The notes under the pieces were generated by a model. It did not search any database. It was not told the origin of the DNA and was given only the letters and a program-made list of their open reading frames with translations. The translations under genes were made by a program, and so were the position numbers. From Gammaproteobacteria bacterium (lineage in GTDB: Bacteria; Pseudomonadota; Gammaproteobacteria; Arenicellales; Poriferihabitantaceae), in the NCBI GenBank assembly GCA_024644945.1, contig JAHEGU010000007.1:35650-99649 (forward strand): 64,000 bases of DNA. The letters run 5' to 3'. Below are positions 48,526-58,645 of the stretch, in pieces; within the stretch, counting starts at the first letter, position 1, and each line of letters starts with the position of its first letter.

Positions 48526-49020
48526 ATGAGACACTACGAAATCGTGTTTCTGGTCCATCCGGACCAGAGCGAGCAGGTTCCTGCGATGATGGAGCGATAT
48601 GGCGATATGGTCGCCTCGGGCGGCGGTCAGATTCATCGCTCTGAGGACTGGGGCAGACGACGACTTGCATACTCAATTAATGATGTACATAAAGCGCACT
48701 ATGTTTTGTTCAACATAGAGTGCTCACTCGATGTGCTGGGCGAAATTGAACGCAACTTTAAGTTTAATGACTCAATTCTGCGCCATCTGGTGGTGCGACA
48801 GAAGCAGGCGATCAGCGAAGAATCTCAGTTTGCCAAGGCTAAAGCTGAGGAGGATCGAATAGAGGAGGAGAAGAAAAAATCTGCCGAATCTCGCGTCGCG
48901 GCTGCCAAAGAAGCCGAAGCCGAAAAGAAGGCGGCTGATGCCGATAAAACAAAAGATTCAGAATCGGTAACGGTCGATGACAACGATGAGTCTGCAGACA
49001 AAGTAGAGGAGACTGAATAA
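48526..49020 (+). CDS. rpsF: 30S ribosomal protein S6
   Basis: [28 protein letters not shown]; long charged tail. Confidence 0.96.
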   Translation: MRHYEIVFLVHPDQSEQVPAMMERYGDMVASGGGQIHRSEDWGRRRLAYSINDVHKAHYVLFNIECSLDVLGEIERNFKFNDSILRHLVVRQKQAISEESQFAKAKAEEDRIEEEKKKSAESRVAAAKEAEAEKKAADADKTKDSESVTVDDNDESADKVEETE

Positions 49021-49283
49021 TGGCTTTCAAAAAGAAAAAGGGCGCACCACCAAGACGTTCTTTCCAGCGTCGACCAAGATTCTGCAAATTTACTGCTGAG
49101 GGTATTGAATCAATCGACTACAAGGATCTGGAGATCCTTAAAACCAATATCAGTGAAACTGGAAAGATTCTGCCGCGTCGTACAACAGGGACCAAAGCCC
49201 ATTTCCAGCGCCAGCTGGCGACAGCGGTAAAGCGCGCGCGCTATCTTGCTTTGATTCCGTACACCGATCAGCACGACAACTAG
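49020..49283 (+). CDS. rpsR: 30S ribosomal protein S18
   Basis: [24 protein letters not shown]. Confidence 0.96.
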   Translation: MAFKKKKGAPPRRSFQRRPRFCKFTAEGIESIDYKDLEILKTNISETGKILPRRTTGTKAHFQRQLATAVKRARYLALIPYTDQHDN

Positions 49284-49292
49284 GGGGTTTAG

Positions 49293-49820
49293 ATGGAAGT
49301 CATACTACTGGAGAAAATCCAAAACCTAGGTGACCTGGGCGAACTGGTGAATGTGAAGAATGGTTATGCACGAAACTTTTTGATTCCGCAGAAAAAAGCG
49401 GTTCGCGCAACGGAAAATGCCAAAGCGCTGGTGGAAGATCGCCGGCGCCAGCTGGCGGAAGAAGAAGGTAAACGATTCGAAGCCGCCCAAGCGCGAGCAG
49501 ATCTGGCAGTTAAGGCAGTGTCTGTTACCCGTCTGTGCAGCGAGGAGGGCAAGTTATATGGCTCGGTGTCACCCGCAGACATTGCTGAAACTATGACCGA
49601 GGCTGGGACTCGGATTGAGAAGTCTGAAGTATTCCTGCCCGAGGGCCCTATCAAGCATACAGGTGATTTCGAGGCAGACGTGATTTTGCATCCTGAAGTA
49701 CGGTTCCAGGTTGCGGTTAATGTGGTCGGTGAGCATGGCGAAGCGCCGGAAGCACTGGCCGAAGAAATGGATGAAGAAACTGGCGACTCAGATTTAACCG
49801 AGTCTGATTCGGAGTATTAA
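49293..49820 (+). CDS. rplI: 50S ribosomal protein L9
   Basis: MEVILLE, GYARNFLIP, KLYGSV. Confidence 0.96.
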   Translation: MEVILLEKIQNLGDLGELVNVKNGYARNFLIPQKKAVRATENAKALVEDRRRQLAEEEGKRFEAAQARADLAVKAVSVTRLCSEEGKLYGSVSPADIAETMTEAGTRIEKSEVFLPEGPIKHTGDFEADVILHPEVRFQVAVNVVGEHGEAPEALAEEMDEETGDSDLTESDSEY

Positions 49821-49846
49821 GCGCCATATCCTTCCGGTTTTCCACG

Positions 49847-49870
49847 AAAAGCGCCCACGGGCGCTTTTTT
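49847..49870 (+). terminator. Rho-independent terminator after rplI
   Basis: AAAAGCGCC-CACG-GGCGCTTTTTT. Confidence 0.85.
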
Positions 49871-49965
49871 AATATCCTAGGATCGCCGGGTCGGGCGGTA
49901 GCGATTCGTAATATGGATCGTGGTTAAACAAGCGCAGAGCCTAAAACGGATTTATAATTAGCCCA

Positions 49966-51348
49966 ATGAAAGTCGCAACCGAACTCGTTTCCGGGTCCCC
50001 AAAACTTCCACCGCAGGCTCTTGAAGCTGAGCAGTCGTTGCTTGGAGGGTTGCTGTTAGATAATCGTCACTGGGATGAAGTCAACGATGAGGTTGGAGAG
50101 TCTGATTTTTATAGTCTTAATCATCGTCTGATATTTGACGCCATCAGGTCCTTGCAGGCTACCAACCAGCCGGCGGATGTGGTGACTGTTTCGGAGTGGT
50201 TGGAACAAAATGGATCGTTGGAAAACGCGGGAGGTCTTGCATATGTCGGGACACTTGCCAATAACACCCCGAGTACAGCAAATATACTGACCTATGCGAA
50301 GATCGTCAGAGAGCGGGCTATCCTGAGGTCACTAATCTCCGCCGCCAATGACATTGCTGATACCGCCTACACTCCCGAGGGACGAACGCCGAGGGAAGTC
50401 CTTGATCATGCCGAGCAGCTTGTTTTTGATATTTCTGAGCGAGATGGTCGGAGCCGCCAGGGCTTCACTTCGATCCAGGATCTGTTAACCCGATCTATCG
50501 ACCGTATTGAAGAGCTCTTTGAATCAAAGGAGACTGTCACAGGAGTGCCTACTGGCTTCGCTGACCTGGATGAACTGACTTCAGGATTACAAAGAGGAGA
50601 TCTTGTGATTGTTGCGGGCAGACCTTCTATGGGTAAAACCTCGTTCGCGATGAATATTGCGGAATACGTGGCTTTGGAGAAATCTTTGCCGGTAGCGGTA
50701 TTCAGTATGGAGATGCCAGGAGAGCAATTGGCGATGAGAATGCTGTCTTCAATAGGTCGAATCAATTCGAACAAAATTAGAACCGGCAGATTGGGGGATG
50801 ATGACTGGCCAAGACTGAACTCGGCTGTAGGATTACTTGATAAAGCACCGATGTTTATCGACGATACTGCAGGTCTCAACCCACTCGATCTGCGTTCTAG
50901 AGCAAGAAGGTTGATGCGGGAGCACCACGATGTTGGACTGATTGTTATTGATTACCTGCAATTGATGCAGGCGAGCGATAGTTCTGAAAACAGGGCAACT
51001 GAAATATCGAATATGACACGCTCTCTTAAAATGCTGGCCAAGGAACTCAATGTGCCGGTAGTGGTGCTTTCACAATTGAATCGCAGTGTGGAGCAGCGAC
51101 CGAATAAACGCCCAATCATGTCCGACCTGCGCGAATCGGGTGCTATTGAGCAGGACGCAGATGTCATATTTTTCGTATACAGAGATGAGGTCTACAATGA
51201 GGATAGTGACCAGAAAGGCGTGGCGGAAATAATTATCGGTAAGCAGCGTAACGGGCCAATCGGTACGACCCGGCTAACGTTTCGTGGCGAATATACACGA
51301 TTTGAAAATTTTGCTCCCACAGATTTTGGTCAGTCCTATCAGGGATAA
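49966..51348 (+). CDS. dnaB: Replicative DNA helicase
   Basis: GRPSMGKT, IDYLQL, SDLRESGAIEQDAD, KQRNGP; no intein. Confidence 0.97.
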   Translation: MKVATELVSGSPKLPPQALEAEQSLLGGLLLDNRHWDEVNDEVGESDFYSLNHRLIFDAIRSLQATNQPADVVTVSEWLEQNGSLENAGGLAYVGTLANNTPSTANILTYAKIVRERAILRSLISAANDIADTAYTPEGRTPREVLDHAEQLVFDISERDGRSRQGFTSIQDLLTRSIDRIEELFESKETVTGVPTGFADLDELTSGLQRGDLVIVAGRPSMGKTSFAMNIAEYVALEKSLPVAVFSMEMPGEQLAMRMLSSIGRINSNKIRTGRLGDDDWPRLNSAVGLLDKAPMFIDDTAGLNPLDLRSRARRLMREHHDVGLIVIDYLQLMQASDSSENRATEISNMTRSLKMLAKELNVPVVVLSQLNRSVEQRPNKRPIMSDLRESGAIEQDADVIFFVYRDEVYNEDSDQKGVAEIIIGKQRNGPIGTTRLTFRGEYTRFENFAPTDFGQSYQG

Positions 51349-51362
51349 GTACTCGACAACAC

Positions 51363-52445
51363 ATGAGTAGGACCTGGCGCACCAGGGCATTGATCGACCT
51401 TTCGGCTCTACGTCACAATGTTAAGGTTATTCGAAACTTAGCGGGAGAAGCCCGGGTATATGCTGTGGTCAAGGCGGACGCTTATGGTCACGGAATAAAC
51501 AATGTAGTACCGGCGATCCGTGACTCGGTCGATGGTTTCGCGGTAGCCACGCTGGAGGAGGGTATCCGGTGCCGTAAATGCGCTGCAAACAATGCGATTA
51601 TGGTGTTGTCGGAATTCAGCGGACCAGAACAAATTGATGATTTTCGTCAGTATCAGCTGCAACCGGTGATACATCGAGAACAACAGGCGCGCTGGGTGCG
51701 TGAATCAGAAGGTTTGTCCTCAGGTGTCTGGTTAAAAATAGAAAGTGGTATGAATCGGCTTGGCATTTCACCTGAAAATGTCACTGCGATAGTAAACATG
51801 CTTAGCCGCTCGATGAATGCCAAACAATTGGGGCTGATGTCTCATCTTGCTAGCGCAGATGAAATGGATAGTGATCAGACACAGCAGCAATATCAGCGAT
51901 TCTTAGAGTGTGCGTCTGATCACCTGGGCGAAGTCAGTATTGCAAATTCTGCTGCCTTGGTAGGTTGGCCTCAAACTCAGTTAGACGTCGTGAGACCGGG
52001 CCTTATGTTGTATGGAATTTCGCCGTCACAAAACCCGAGTGCGCTAGAACTTGGTTTGCGTCCGGTGATGCAGCTTGAATCAAGATTAATCGCGGTAAAA
52101 GATATCTCAGCCGGGGACGCGGTCGGTTATGGGGCAAGTTGGATTGCGCGCAAGCCTACAAAAATTGGCATTGCCGGATTCGGATATGCTGACGGGTACC
52201 CACGCTGTGTCAGTAATCGTGGCAGTGTGATCGTGAGAGATCGACGGGCCCCGGTCATCGGTAAAGTTTCAATGGATATGATGACGTTGGATTTGACGGA
52301 GTGTGGCGAGGTTCAAGAGGGTGATATCGCCCAGTTGTGGGGCCCGCAACTCGGAGTGGAGATTGTAGCCGGTTGGGCGGATACAATCCCTTATGAACTG
52401 CTGTGCAGAGTATCTCCCCGGGTCCCGAGAATACAGATAAATTGA
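51363..52445 (+). CDS. alr: Alanine racemase
   Basis: AVVKADAYGHG, RPGLMLYG, GYADGY, VSMDM. Confidence 0.96.
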   Translation: MSRTWRTRALIDLSALRHNVKVIRNLAGEARVYAVVKADAYGHGINNVVPAIRDSVDGFAVATLEEGIRCRKCAANNAIMVLSEFSGPEQIDDFRQYQLQPVIHREQQARWVRESEGLSSGVWLKIESGMNRLGISPENVTAIVNMLSRSMNAKQLGLMSHLASADEMDSDQTQQQYQRFLECASDHLGEVSIANSAALVGWPQTQLDVVRPGLMLYGISPSQNPSALELGLRPVMQLESRLIAVKDISAGDAVGYGASWIARKPTKIGIAGFGYADGYPRCVSNRGSVIVRDRRAPVIGKVSMDMMTLDLTECGEVQEGDIAQLWGPQLGVEIVAGWADTIPYELLCRVSPRVPRIQIN

Positions 52446-52446
52446 T

Positions 52447-53829
52447 ATGGCTAAAGGGAGTGCAAAGAATCGCAGTCGATTTAACTGCCGCGAATGCGGC
52501 GCAGAAAGCGCCAAGTGGGCGGGCCAATGCGCTGAGTGTGGGGAATGGAATACACTCATCGAGGTCGCCGCGAAAACCAGCGGCGGCGTGGAGCGCTTTG
52601 CCGGATTCGCGCCCTCCTCGAAAGTGCAAGTTCTGGACGAGGTGGATATCTCCGAGGTCAAGCGACTTTCTAGCGGTAGTAACGAATTAGATCGGGTTCT
52701 TGGCGGGGGCTTGGTTCCCGGATCCATCGTCCTCATTGGTGGAGACCCTGGAATAGGAAAGTCCACACTTCTTCTGCAGTATCTTTCCTCAATCAGTCAG
52801 AGTAAACCAGTACTTTATGTCAGTGGGGAGGAGTCTGCAGAACAAATCGCGGTGCGGGCGAGACGACTCGGTTTGCCTGGCGATCGATTGATGGTAATGG
52901 CTGAAAATCGGCTGGAGTCGATGCTGGACACGGCATTACAGCAGACCCCGTCGGTGCTGGTCGCGGATTCAATCCAGACTTTCTACAGTGAAGAACTGTC
53001 TGCTGCACCCGGCAGTGTATCCCAGGTTCGGGAGTGCGCGGCGCGACTTGTTCGTTATGCCAAGCAGAGTGGCGCCACAGTGATACTGGTCGGCCATGTT
53101 ACCAAAGAGGGCGCTTTGGCGGGACCTAAAATACTCGAACATATGGTGGACAGTGTGCTGTATTTCGAGGGGGACAGTTCCAGCAGTTTTCGCTTAGTTC
53201 GAGCGATCAAAAATCGCTTCGGTGCTATTAACGAAATAGGTGTGTTCGCTATGACGGAACTAGGACTAAAGGATGTTTCGAATCCTTCCGCCATGTTCGT
53301 CAGTCGCCATGGTGCATCGCGGCCAGGAAGCGTGGTCCTGGCGACCCAGGAAGGTACGCGACCGCTTTTAGTAGAAGTGCAGGCGCTGGTAGACGACAGT
53401 GCGCTTTCGAATCCAAGACGATTGTGCGTCGGTCTGGAGCAGAATCGCCTCGCGATGCTGCTCGCAATCGTGCACAGACACGCTGGAATTTCTCTTAACA
53501 GTTATGATGTATTTGCCAATGTAGCAGGAGGTGTCAGAGTGAGTGAAACCGGCGCCGATCTGGCTTTAATGTTTGCCATTATTTCGAGTGTTAAAAACCG
53601 GGCTGCTGGAAACGATCTTGTGGTTTTCGGAGAAGTGGGTTTGTCAGGGGAGTTGCGTCCGGTGCAGCGTGGTCTCGACCGTCTGCGTGAGGCACAAAAG
53701 CTTGGATTCAAAAGAGCTTTGATTCCGGCAGCGAATATGCCTGATGCCGTGGCGACGAAATCAGTGAGTGAACTGGAGATCATTCCTGCACGGAGAGTTG
53801 AGGACGCGCTATCCCTGTTTGAGTTATGA
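52447..53829 (+). CDS. radA: DNA repair protein RadA/Sms
   Basis: CRECG..CAEC zinc finger, GDPGIGKST, KNRFG. Confidence 0.97.
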   Translation: MAKGSAKNRSRFNCRECGAESAKWAGQCAECGEWNTLIEVAAKTSGGVERFAGFAPSSKVQVLDEVDISEVKRLSSGSNELDRVLGGGLVPGSIVLIGGDPGIGKSTLLLQYLSSISQSKPVLYVSGEESAEQIAVRARRLGLPGDRLMVMAENRLESMLDTALQQTPSVLVADSIQTFYSEELSAAPGSVSQVRECAARLVRYAKQSGATVILVGHVTKEGALAGPKILEHMVDSVLYFEGDSSSSFRLVRAIKNRFGAINEIGVFAMTELGLKDVSNPSAMFVSRHGASRPGSVVLATQEGTRPLLVEVQALVDDSALSNPRRLCVGLEQNRLAMLLAIVHRHAGISLNSYDVFANVAGGVRVSETGADLALMFAIISSVKNRAAGNDLVVFGEVGLSGELRPVQRGLDRLREAQKLGFKRALIPAANMPDAVATKSVSELEIIPARRVEDALSLFEL

Positions 53830-53867
53830 TCCGGCCCTGCAAATCAATCAACAAGGATATTTTTATC

Positions 53868-54581
53868 ATGATTTTAAAACCGCGTTTAGTTTCAGCCGTT
53901 GTCGCGGCCATTATTCTAGGTTCTACTGGAAGCGCAATTGCCCAGGATGTAATTCTGGATTCCGATGAAAAGAAATATAGCTATGCAATCGGCACCAAGC
54001 TAGCATCGCAACTGCAGGAGCAATTCGGACAGACTGAAAGTGGTGTCGATATGCAGGCCCTTGCAGCGGGAATCAGTGATGTAGTCAATAGCGCGGAATT
54101 AAAAATGACCGCCGCAGAAGCTGATCAGGCAATTGAAGCTCAGCAACAGGCTATGTTGGCTGCAGCTGCGGCGGAAGCGGGGGTGGCGGCTGAGCGTGGT
54201 TCAGAATATCGTGAGTCCAATCGGGGTAAGGAAGGCGTCATCGAAACTGAAAGCGGAATGCAGTATACGGTCCTTAACAGTGGCGATGAGAGCGGTGCTA
54301 TGCCCGGTGCCGACGATACAGTCGTAGTGCACTATCGTGGAACATTAATTGATGGTACTGAATTTGACAGCTCGCATTCTCGTGGCGTACCGGCGACATT
54401 TCCTCTGAGCGGTATTATCCCTGGCTGGAAGGAAATTCTTCAACTGATGCGACCAGGGGATAAATGGAACGTTGTGATTCCTCCTGAGCTTGCATATGGA
54501 GAACGCGGTGCGGGGGCGAACATCGGACCCAACGAAACCCTGATTTTTGAGATAGAGCTGCTTGAGGTAAAAAAGGGATAA
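53868..54581 (+). CDS. FKBP-type peptidyl-prolyl isomerase (FkpA/Mip-like)
   Basis: Signal peptide, KYSYAIG, VHYRGTLIDGTEFDSS, PELAYG. Confidence 0.92.
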   Translation: MILKPRLVSAVVAAIILGSTGSAIAQDVILDSDEKKYSYAIGTKLASQLQEQFGQTESGVDMQALAAGISDVVNSAELKMTAAEADQAIEAQQQAMLAAAAAEAGVAAERGSEYRESNRGKEGVIETESGMQYTVLNSGDESGAMPGADDTVVVHYRGTLIDGTEFDSSHSRGVPATFPLSGIIPGWKEILQLMRPGDKWNVVIPPELAYGERGAGANIGPNETLIFEIELLEVKKG

Positions 54582-54628
54582 GCCGGATGTTTTAGCGTAA
54601 AAACGGCTGCAGTGCTGGCTCTGCCTGG

Positions 54629-54672
54629 GTTCAGGTTAAATTCATCTGGGCTTCAGGGACGAGGCGTATTCT
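54629..54672 (+). promoter_or_regulatory. Triple direct repeat (PhoP-type box) and -10 element
   Basis: GTTCAG-N5-ATTCAT-N5-CTTCAG at 54629-54656; TATTCT at 54667-54672. Confidence 0.65.
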
Positions 54673-54706
54673 GAGTCCATGATTTAAATGTATGGGGACC
54701 CAGATT

Positions 54707-55243
54707 ATGAAAAAGAATTTAATATTCTCTGCATTGCTGGCACCAATTGCATTGTTGCAGATATCCAAGCCAGCGCTAGCCGAATATGGCCGCGGAACGA
54801 TAGAAGAAGCCACCGTAATCAGTGCGCAGCCGGTCTACCGAACGGTGCGTGTAAATGAGCCCATTGAGCAGTGCTGGGACGAACCGGTGCATGTGTCGTC
54901 CAACAGTGGATACTACTCCCATACCCCGAAGATTCTGGGCGCTATTGTTGGCGCAGCAGTTGGAAACGAATTTGGATCAGGGCGTGGTAAGGACCTTGCC
55001 ACTGTTGCAGGGGCTGTGCTCGGAGGCTCAATAGGCCGAGATATACAAGCCAATCATGCCCGTCGAAATAGTCGAGTGTTGTACGAGAAGCGATGCGAGT
55101 TAGTAGATCGATACCGCACGGAAGAACGTATCGACGGTTACGAGGTGGATTATCGGTACAATAATCAGATCTACTCTACCTTTACTCAACATGACCCCGG
55201 TCCAACGCTGACAGTTAGCGTAAATGTAGTACCAGTGGAATAA
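54707..55243 (+). CDS. Glycine-zipper 2TM protein (YcfJ-like)
   Basis: Signal peptide, GAIVGAAVGNEFGSGRGKDLATVAGAVLGGSIG, GYEVDYRY. Confidence 0.88.
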   Translation: MKKNLIFSALLAPIALLQISKPALAEYGRGTIEEATVISAQPVYRTVRVNEPIEQCWDEPVHVSSNSGYYSHTPKILGAIVGAAVGNEFGSGRGKDLATVAGAVLGGSIGRDIQANHARRNSRVLYEKRCELVDRYRTEERIDGYEVDYRYNNQIYSTFTQHDPGPTLTVSVNVVPVE

Positions 55244-55389
55244 TATACTGGGAAATTTGTAAAGGCCCCATGCTAGTCCTGGGGTCTTGCCATATACCCC
55301 TTAATACGACTATACAATACATGGTTAGGTGCTTAGTCTAAACTGACCTGGCTACGGTATCATTTATTAAAGAATTAAATAGTGTTCAC

Positions 55390-55701
55390 GTGAAACGTCT
55401 CTGGCACAACATTACGGTTTCAGCGGTCTCCGCAGCAATGCTGGCTGCCCTGATGCCAGCAATTGCGCTCGATGCTAATGCTCAGAGTAATAACTCCAAA
55501 CAAAAAAATGGGCAGGGGAACAGTATGGATGATGTGGCACGTATGATTCGCAAGAACAAACAATGGCAGATTCTTGAAGTAACTCCGAGACAGGACGGTT
55601 CAGTCACGCGCTATCGGTTTAAGCTGATCAACAGTACTGGAAAAGTAAAAATTATCAGTATCGACCCGAAAAAGCCAAACCTGAGGCGCTTGGAACAATA
55701 A
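55390..55701 (+). CDS. Small exported PepSY-like protein
   Basis: Signal peptide ending ANA; helix followed by YRFKLINSTGKVKIISIDP; directly upstream of the two-component pair. Confidence 0.6.
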   Translation: MKRLWHNITVSAVSAAMLAALMPAIALDANAQSNNSKQKNGQGNSMDDVARMIRKNKQWQILEVTPRQDGSVTRYRFKLINSTGKVKIISIDPKKPNLRRLEQ

Positions 55702-55770
55702 TCAACAATTGCCGCCACATTCGATCATCAGTGATCGAGCGAGATGGTGCAATAATGAACGAATGAACCC

Positions 55771-56445
55771 ATGCGTATATTAATAGTAGAAGATGAAAAC
55801 ACACTGCGCTCGCAGCTGGTCAATAAATTCAGACAAAAAGGCTATGCTGTTGATGAAGCTGCAGACGGAGAAGAAGCACTGTTTTTTGCCAAGGAATATC
55901 CTGTTGATATAGCAGTGGTTGATATTGGCTTACCAAAAATGTCTGGAATAGAAGTTATCAGGCAGTTGAGAGCGGATAAGGTGGAGTATCCGATCATGAT
56001 TCTCACGGCGCGTTCCCGGTGGCAGGAAAAGGTTGAAGGCCTGGATGCCGGAGCCGATGACTATCTGGCCAAGCCTTTTCATTTTGAGGAGTTATACGCG
56101 CGAGTATCTGCCTTAATCCGTCGCTCAGCAGGGCAATCCAGTCCAATAATTGAGATCGGCACTATCAAATTGGACACACGATCCCAGGAGGTTTTTGTAA
56201 GCGCAAGTAACCTTGATCTGACTGCATTTGAATACAAGTTACTTCATTATTTAATGATGAACCGAGGCAAGGTAGTATCGAAGATGGAACTAACTGAACA
56301 TCTCTATGATGAAGACGCAGATCGAGATAGTAATGTAATCGAAGTGTTTGTTGGTCGCTTACGAAAGAAGCTTGATCCCGAAGGAACACTTAACCCGATT
56401 GAAACGTTGCGCGGGCGGGGATACAGATTCTCTGTTTCTGATTGA
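55771..56445 (+). CDS. OmpR-family response regulator, PhoP-like
   Basis: VED, VDIGLP, LTAR..WQEKVEGLDAGADDY, ETLRGRGY. Confidence 0.92.
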   Translation: MRILIVEDENTLRSQLVNKFRQKGYAVDEAADGEEALFFAKEYPVDIAVVDIGLPKMSGIEVIRQLRADKVEYPIMILTARSRWQEKVEGLDAGADDYLAKPFHFEELYARVSALIRRSAGQSSPIIEIGTIKLDTRSQEVFVSASNLDLTAFEYKLLHYLMMNRGKVVSKMELTEHLYDEDADRDSNVIEVFVGRLRKKLDPEGTLNPIETLRGRGYRFSVSD

Positions 56446-57803
56446 CCAAATTATCTCTTAGAAGACGGCTGCTGATCGCGGCTGCAATAATCTTAGTAAC
56501 GTTTCTTGGCCTTGCCGGAGTTGCGCTGGATAGAGCGTTTATAAGCAGCGCTGAGGTTTCTTTGAAAAATCAGCTTAAAACGCAAACCTTTGCGTTGCTA
56601 TCAGTGCTAGAGGTAGAGCAGGACGGGGCCATTATCATACCGCAGCAACTGCCCGAAGCACGGCTTATGGTGCCCAACTCCGGGTTATATGCATTTATTA
56701 TTGACCCGCTAAATAATGTAGTTTGGCAATCCAACTCGGCAATAGGGGTGCGTCAGGCCGGTCTGCAAAAAGAGCAGTTAGGGTCCGAATCGTTTGGACA
56801 GGATGGTAATAAACTCTCGAGTCCTTTTCGATATAGTTTTTCCATTTCCTGGGAAACGGAGAGTAACTTGGAGTACGAATTTACACTGGTTATGGTCGAG
56901 GCTAGCGATCATTTTGTAACTTTCGTCGCTGAGCATCGACAAAAAATTATATTGTGGCTGGGACTAGTCGGAGTATTTCTGCTGCTCCTGCAGATGTTAG
57001 CGTTGAACTGGGGTTTGTCACCGCTGGTTAAAGTGAGTAATGAACTCGATCAGATAGAGCACGCTCGTCAAGATCGTATTTTAGGTGACTACCCTGATGA
57101 AATCGCTCAATTGAGCCAGCGCATCAATCTATTTATTGCAAATGAACGAAGGAATATCGAGCGCTACCGCAATACGCTGGGTGATCTTGCTCACAGCCTG
57201 AAAACGCCACTCGCAGTGGTTAAAGGATTAGCAGAGAGTAATACAACAATTGATCATGATGAGTTAAACCGATACACGGACCGAATGAGTAACATTGTTG
57301 AATATCAACTGAAGCGTGCTGCCTCCTCACGCGTATCACTGGTTCATGGTCTGGTCAGCGTTGCAGAAGTAATCTCCAGGATTGATGAGTCTCTCAAAAA
57401 AGTGTATGCATCAAAGGGAATCGAAGTAGGCGGAGAAGTAGCGGAGTCGATACAGTTTTATGGCGATCAATCGGATCTCTACGAACTGATTGGAAACATT
57501 ATGGACAATGCGTGTAAGTGGGCGAATAAGCGAGTACGTTACTCGGCCAAGTCGATCAAGGCTGGTAATAGCCAACTAGAGGGGGTGGAACTCATGATCG
57601 AAGATGATGGCCCCGGTATTGCCGGAGAAGTGCGGGATCTTGTGATGAAACGCGGAGTCAGAGCAGATCAGCAGATTGAGGGTTATGGTATCGGGCTTGC
57701 TGTAAGCAGGGAGATAGTCGATCGATACAACGGTGAGTTTGAAATCGGTCAGAGCAGTCTAGGTGGTGCGGCGATTAAAATTTCCCTCCGGCCCAGCATG
57801 TAG
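56442..57803 (+). CDS. Sensor histidine kinase, PhoQ-like
   Basis: Two TMs, YRNTLGDLAHSLKTPL, GNIMDNACKW, EDDGPG, GIGL, LGGA. Confidence 0.92.
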   Translation: MTKLSLRRRLLIAAAIILVTFLGLAGVALDRAFISSAEVSLKNQLKTQTFALLSVLEVEQDGAIIIPQQLPEARLMVPNSGLYAFIIDPLNNVVWQSNSAIGVRQAGLQKEQLGSESFGQDGNKLSSPFRYSFSISWETESNLEYEFTLVMVEASDHFVTFVAEHRQKIILWLGLVGVFLLLLQMLALNWGLSPLVKVSNELDQIEHARQDRILGDYPDEIAQLSQRINLFIANERRNIERYRNTLGDLAHSLKTPLAVVKGLAESNTTIDHDELNRYTDRMSNIVEYQLKRAASSRVSLVHGLVSVAEVISRIDESLKKVYASKGIEVGGEVAESIQFYGDQSDLYELIGNIMDNACKWANKRVRYSAKSIKAGNSQLEGVELMIEDDGPGIAGEVRDLVMKRGVRADQQIEGYGIGLAVSREIVDRYNGEFEIGQSSLGGAAIKISLRPSM

Positions 57804-57880
57804 CTGTGACAATGTTCAGCTTAATCAACAGGTCTCGCTGAGCGATTGCTTAATATAAGATGCAGCATTTTGGGCTTGGA

Positions 57881-58612
57881 TTACTGAACGAATACCATTG
57901 CAACTGAGACGTTATCCGGCGCTCCGTTTTCCAAGCAAGCTCGAATGAGAGTATCCATACATAGCTCCGGTTCATGGGAACGTAAAGCTAGAATAGTCGC
58001 GATGTCGCTGTCTTCCACCGCACCGGTTAAACCGTCAGAGCAAAGTAAAAAGATATCTCGAGGCTCAACCGTTTTTGAGAATACATCTGGCTCACATCGT
58101 GACTCAATGCCGAGCGCCTTTTTCAACACGTGATAACTGTATGCCGGTACACGCCCATCTGGACTGTTGGCCTTAAGGTCATTTGCCAGAGTATGATCTT
58201 CGGTAAGTTGCGTCAGTTCTCCACCGCTGAACCGATAACAACGTGAATCACCTATATGTCCAACATAGACTTTTTTATCATGAAAACTTGCGGCTACGAG
58301 CGTTGTGCCCATTCCCTCCATATGTGCTAGCTTTCTGCCATTGGTATAGACCTCAGTGTTAGCCGTAGAAATCGCTTCAGAAAGAATCGTTTTACGATTT
58401 AATTTGCTGAGGTCTTCCTGAACTAACCACTGCTCTTCAATGAAATCACACATTGCGTTAACCGCCATTCGACTGGCGATTTCCCCAGCCTTATGACCGC
58501 CCATGCCATCGGCCACCACCGCAATGTCGAGCTCGGGAACGATTCGCACACTATCTTCATTAAGCGGGCGAACGTTTCCGACGTCTGTCGCTGCGATCAT
58601 TTTGTAGTTCAT
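57881..58612 (-). CDS. PP2C-family Ser/Thr protein phosphatase
   Basis: NED, VADGMGGH, MGTT, HIGDSR, LCSDGL, DNVS. Confidence 0.92.
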   Translation of the reverse strand: MNYKMIAATDVGNVRPLNEDSVRIVPELDIAVVADGMGGHKAGEIASRMAVNAMCDFIEEQWLVQEDLSKLNRKTILSEAISTANTEVYTNGRKLAHMEGMGTTLVAASFHDKKVYVGHIGDSRCYRFSGGELTQLTEDHTLANDLKANSPDGRVPAYSYHVLKKALGIESRCEPDVFSKTVEPRDIFLLCSDGLTGAVEDSDIATILALRSHEPELCMDTLIRACLENGAPDNVSVAMVFVQ

Positions 58613-58645
58613 GACGACTTCTAAGCTTTAGGTCATCCCCGGAAA

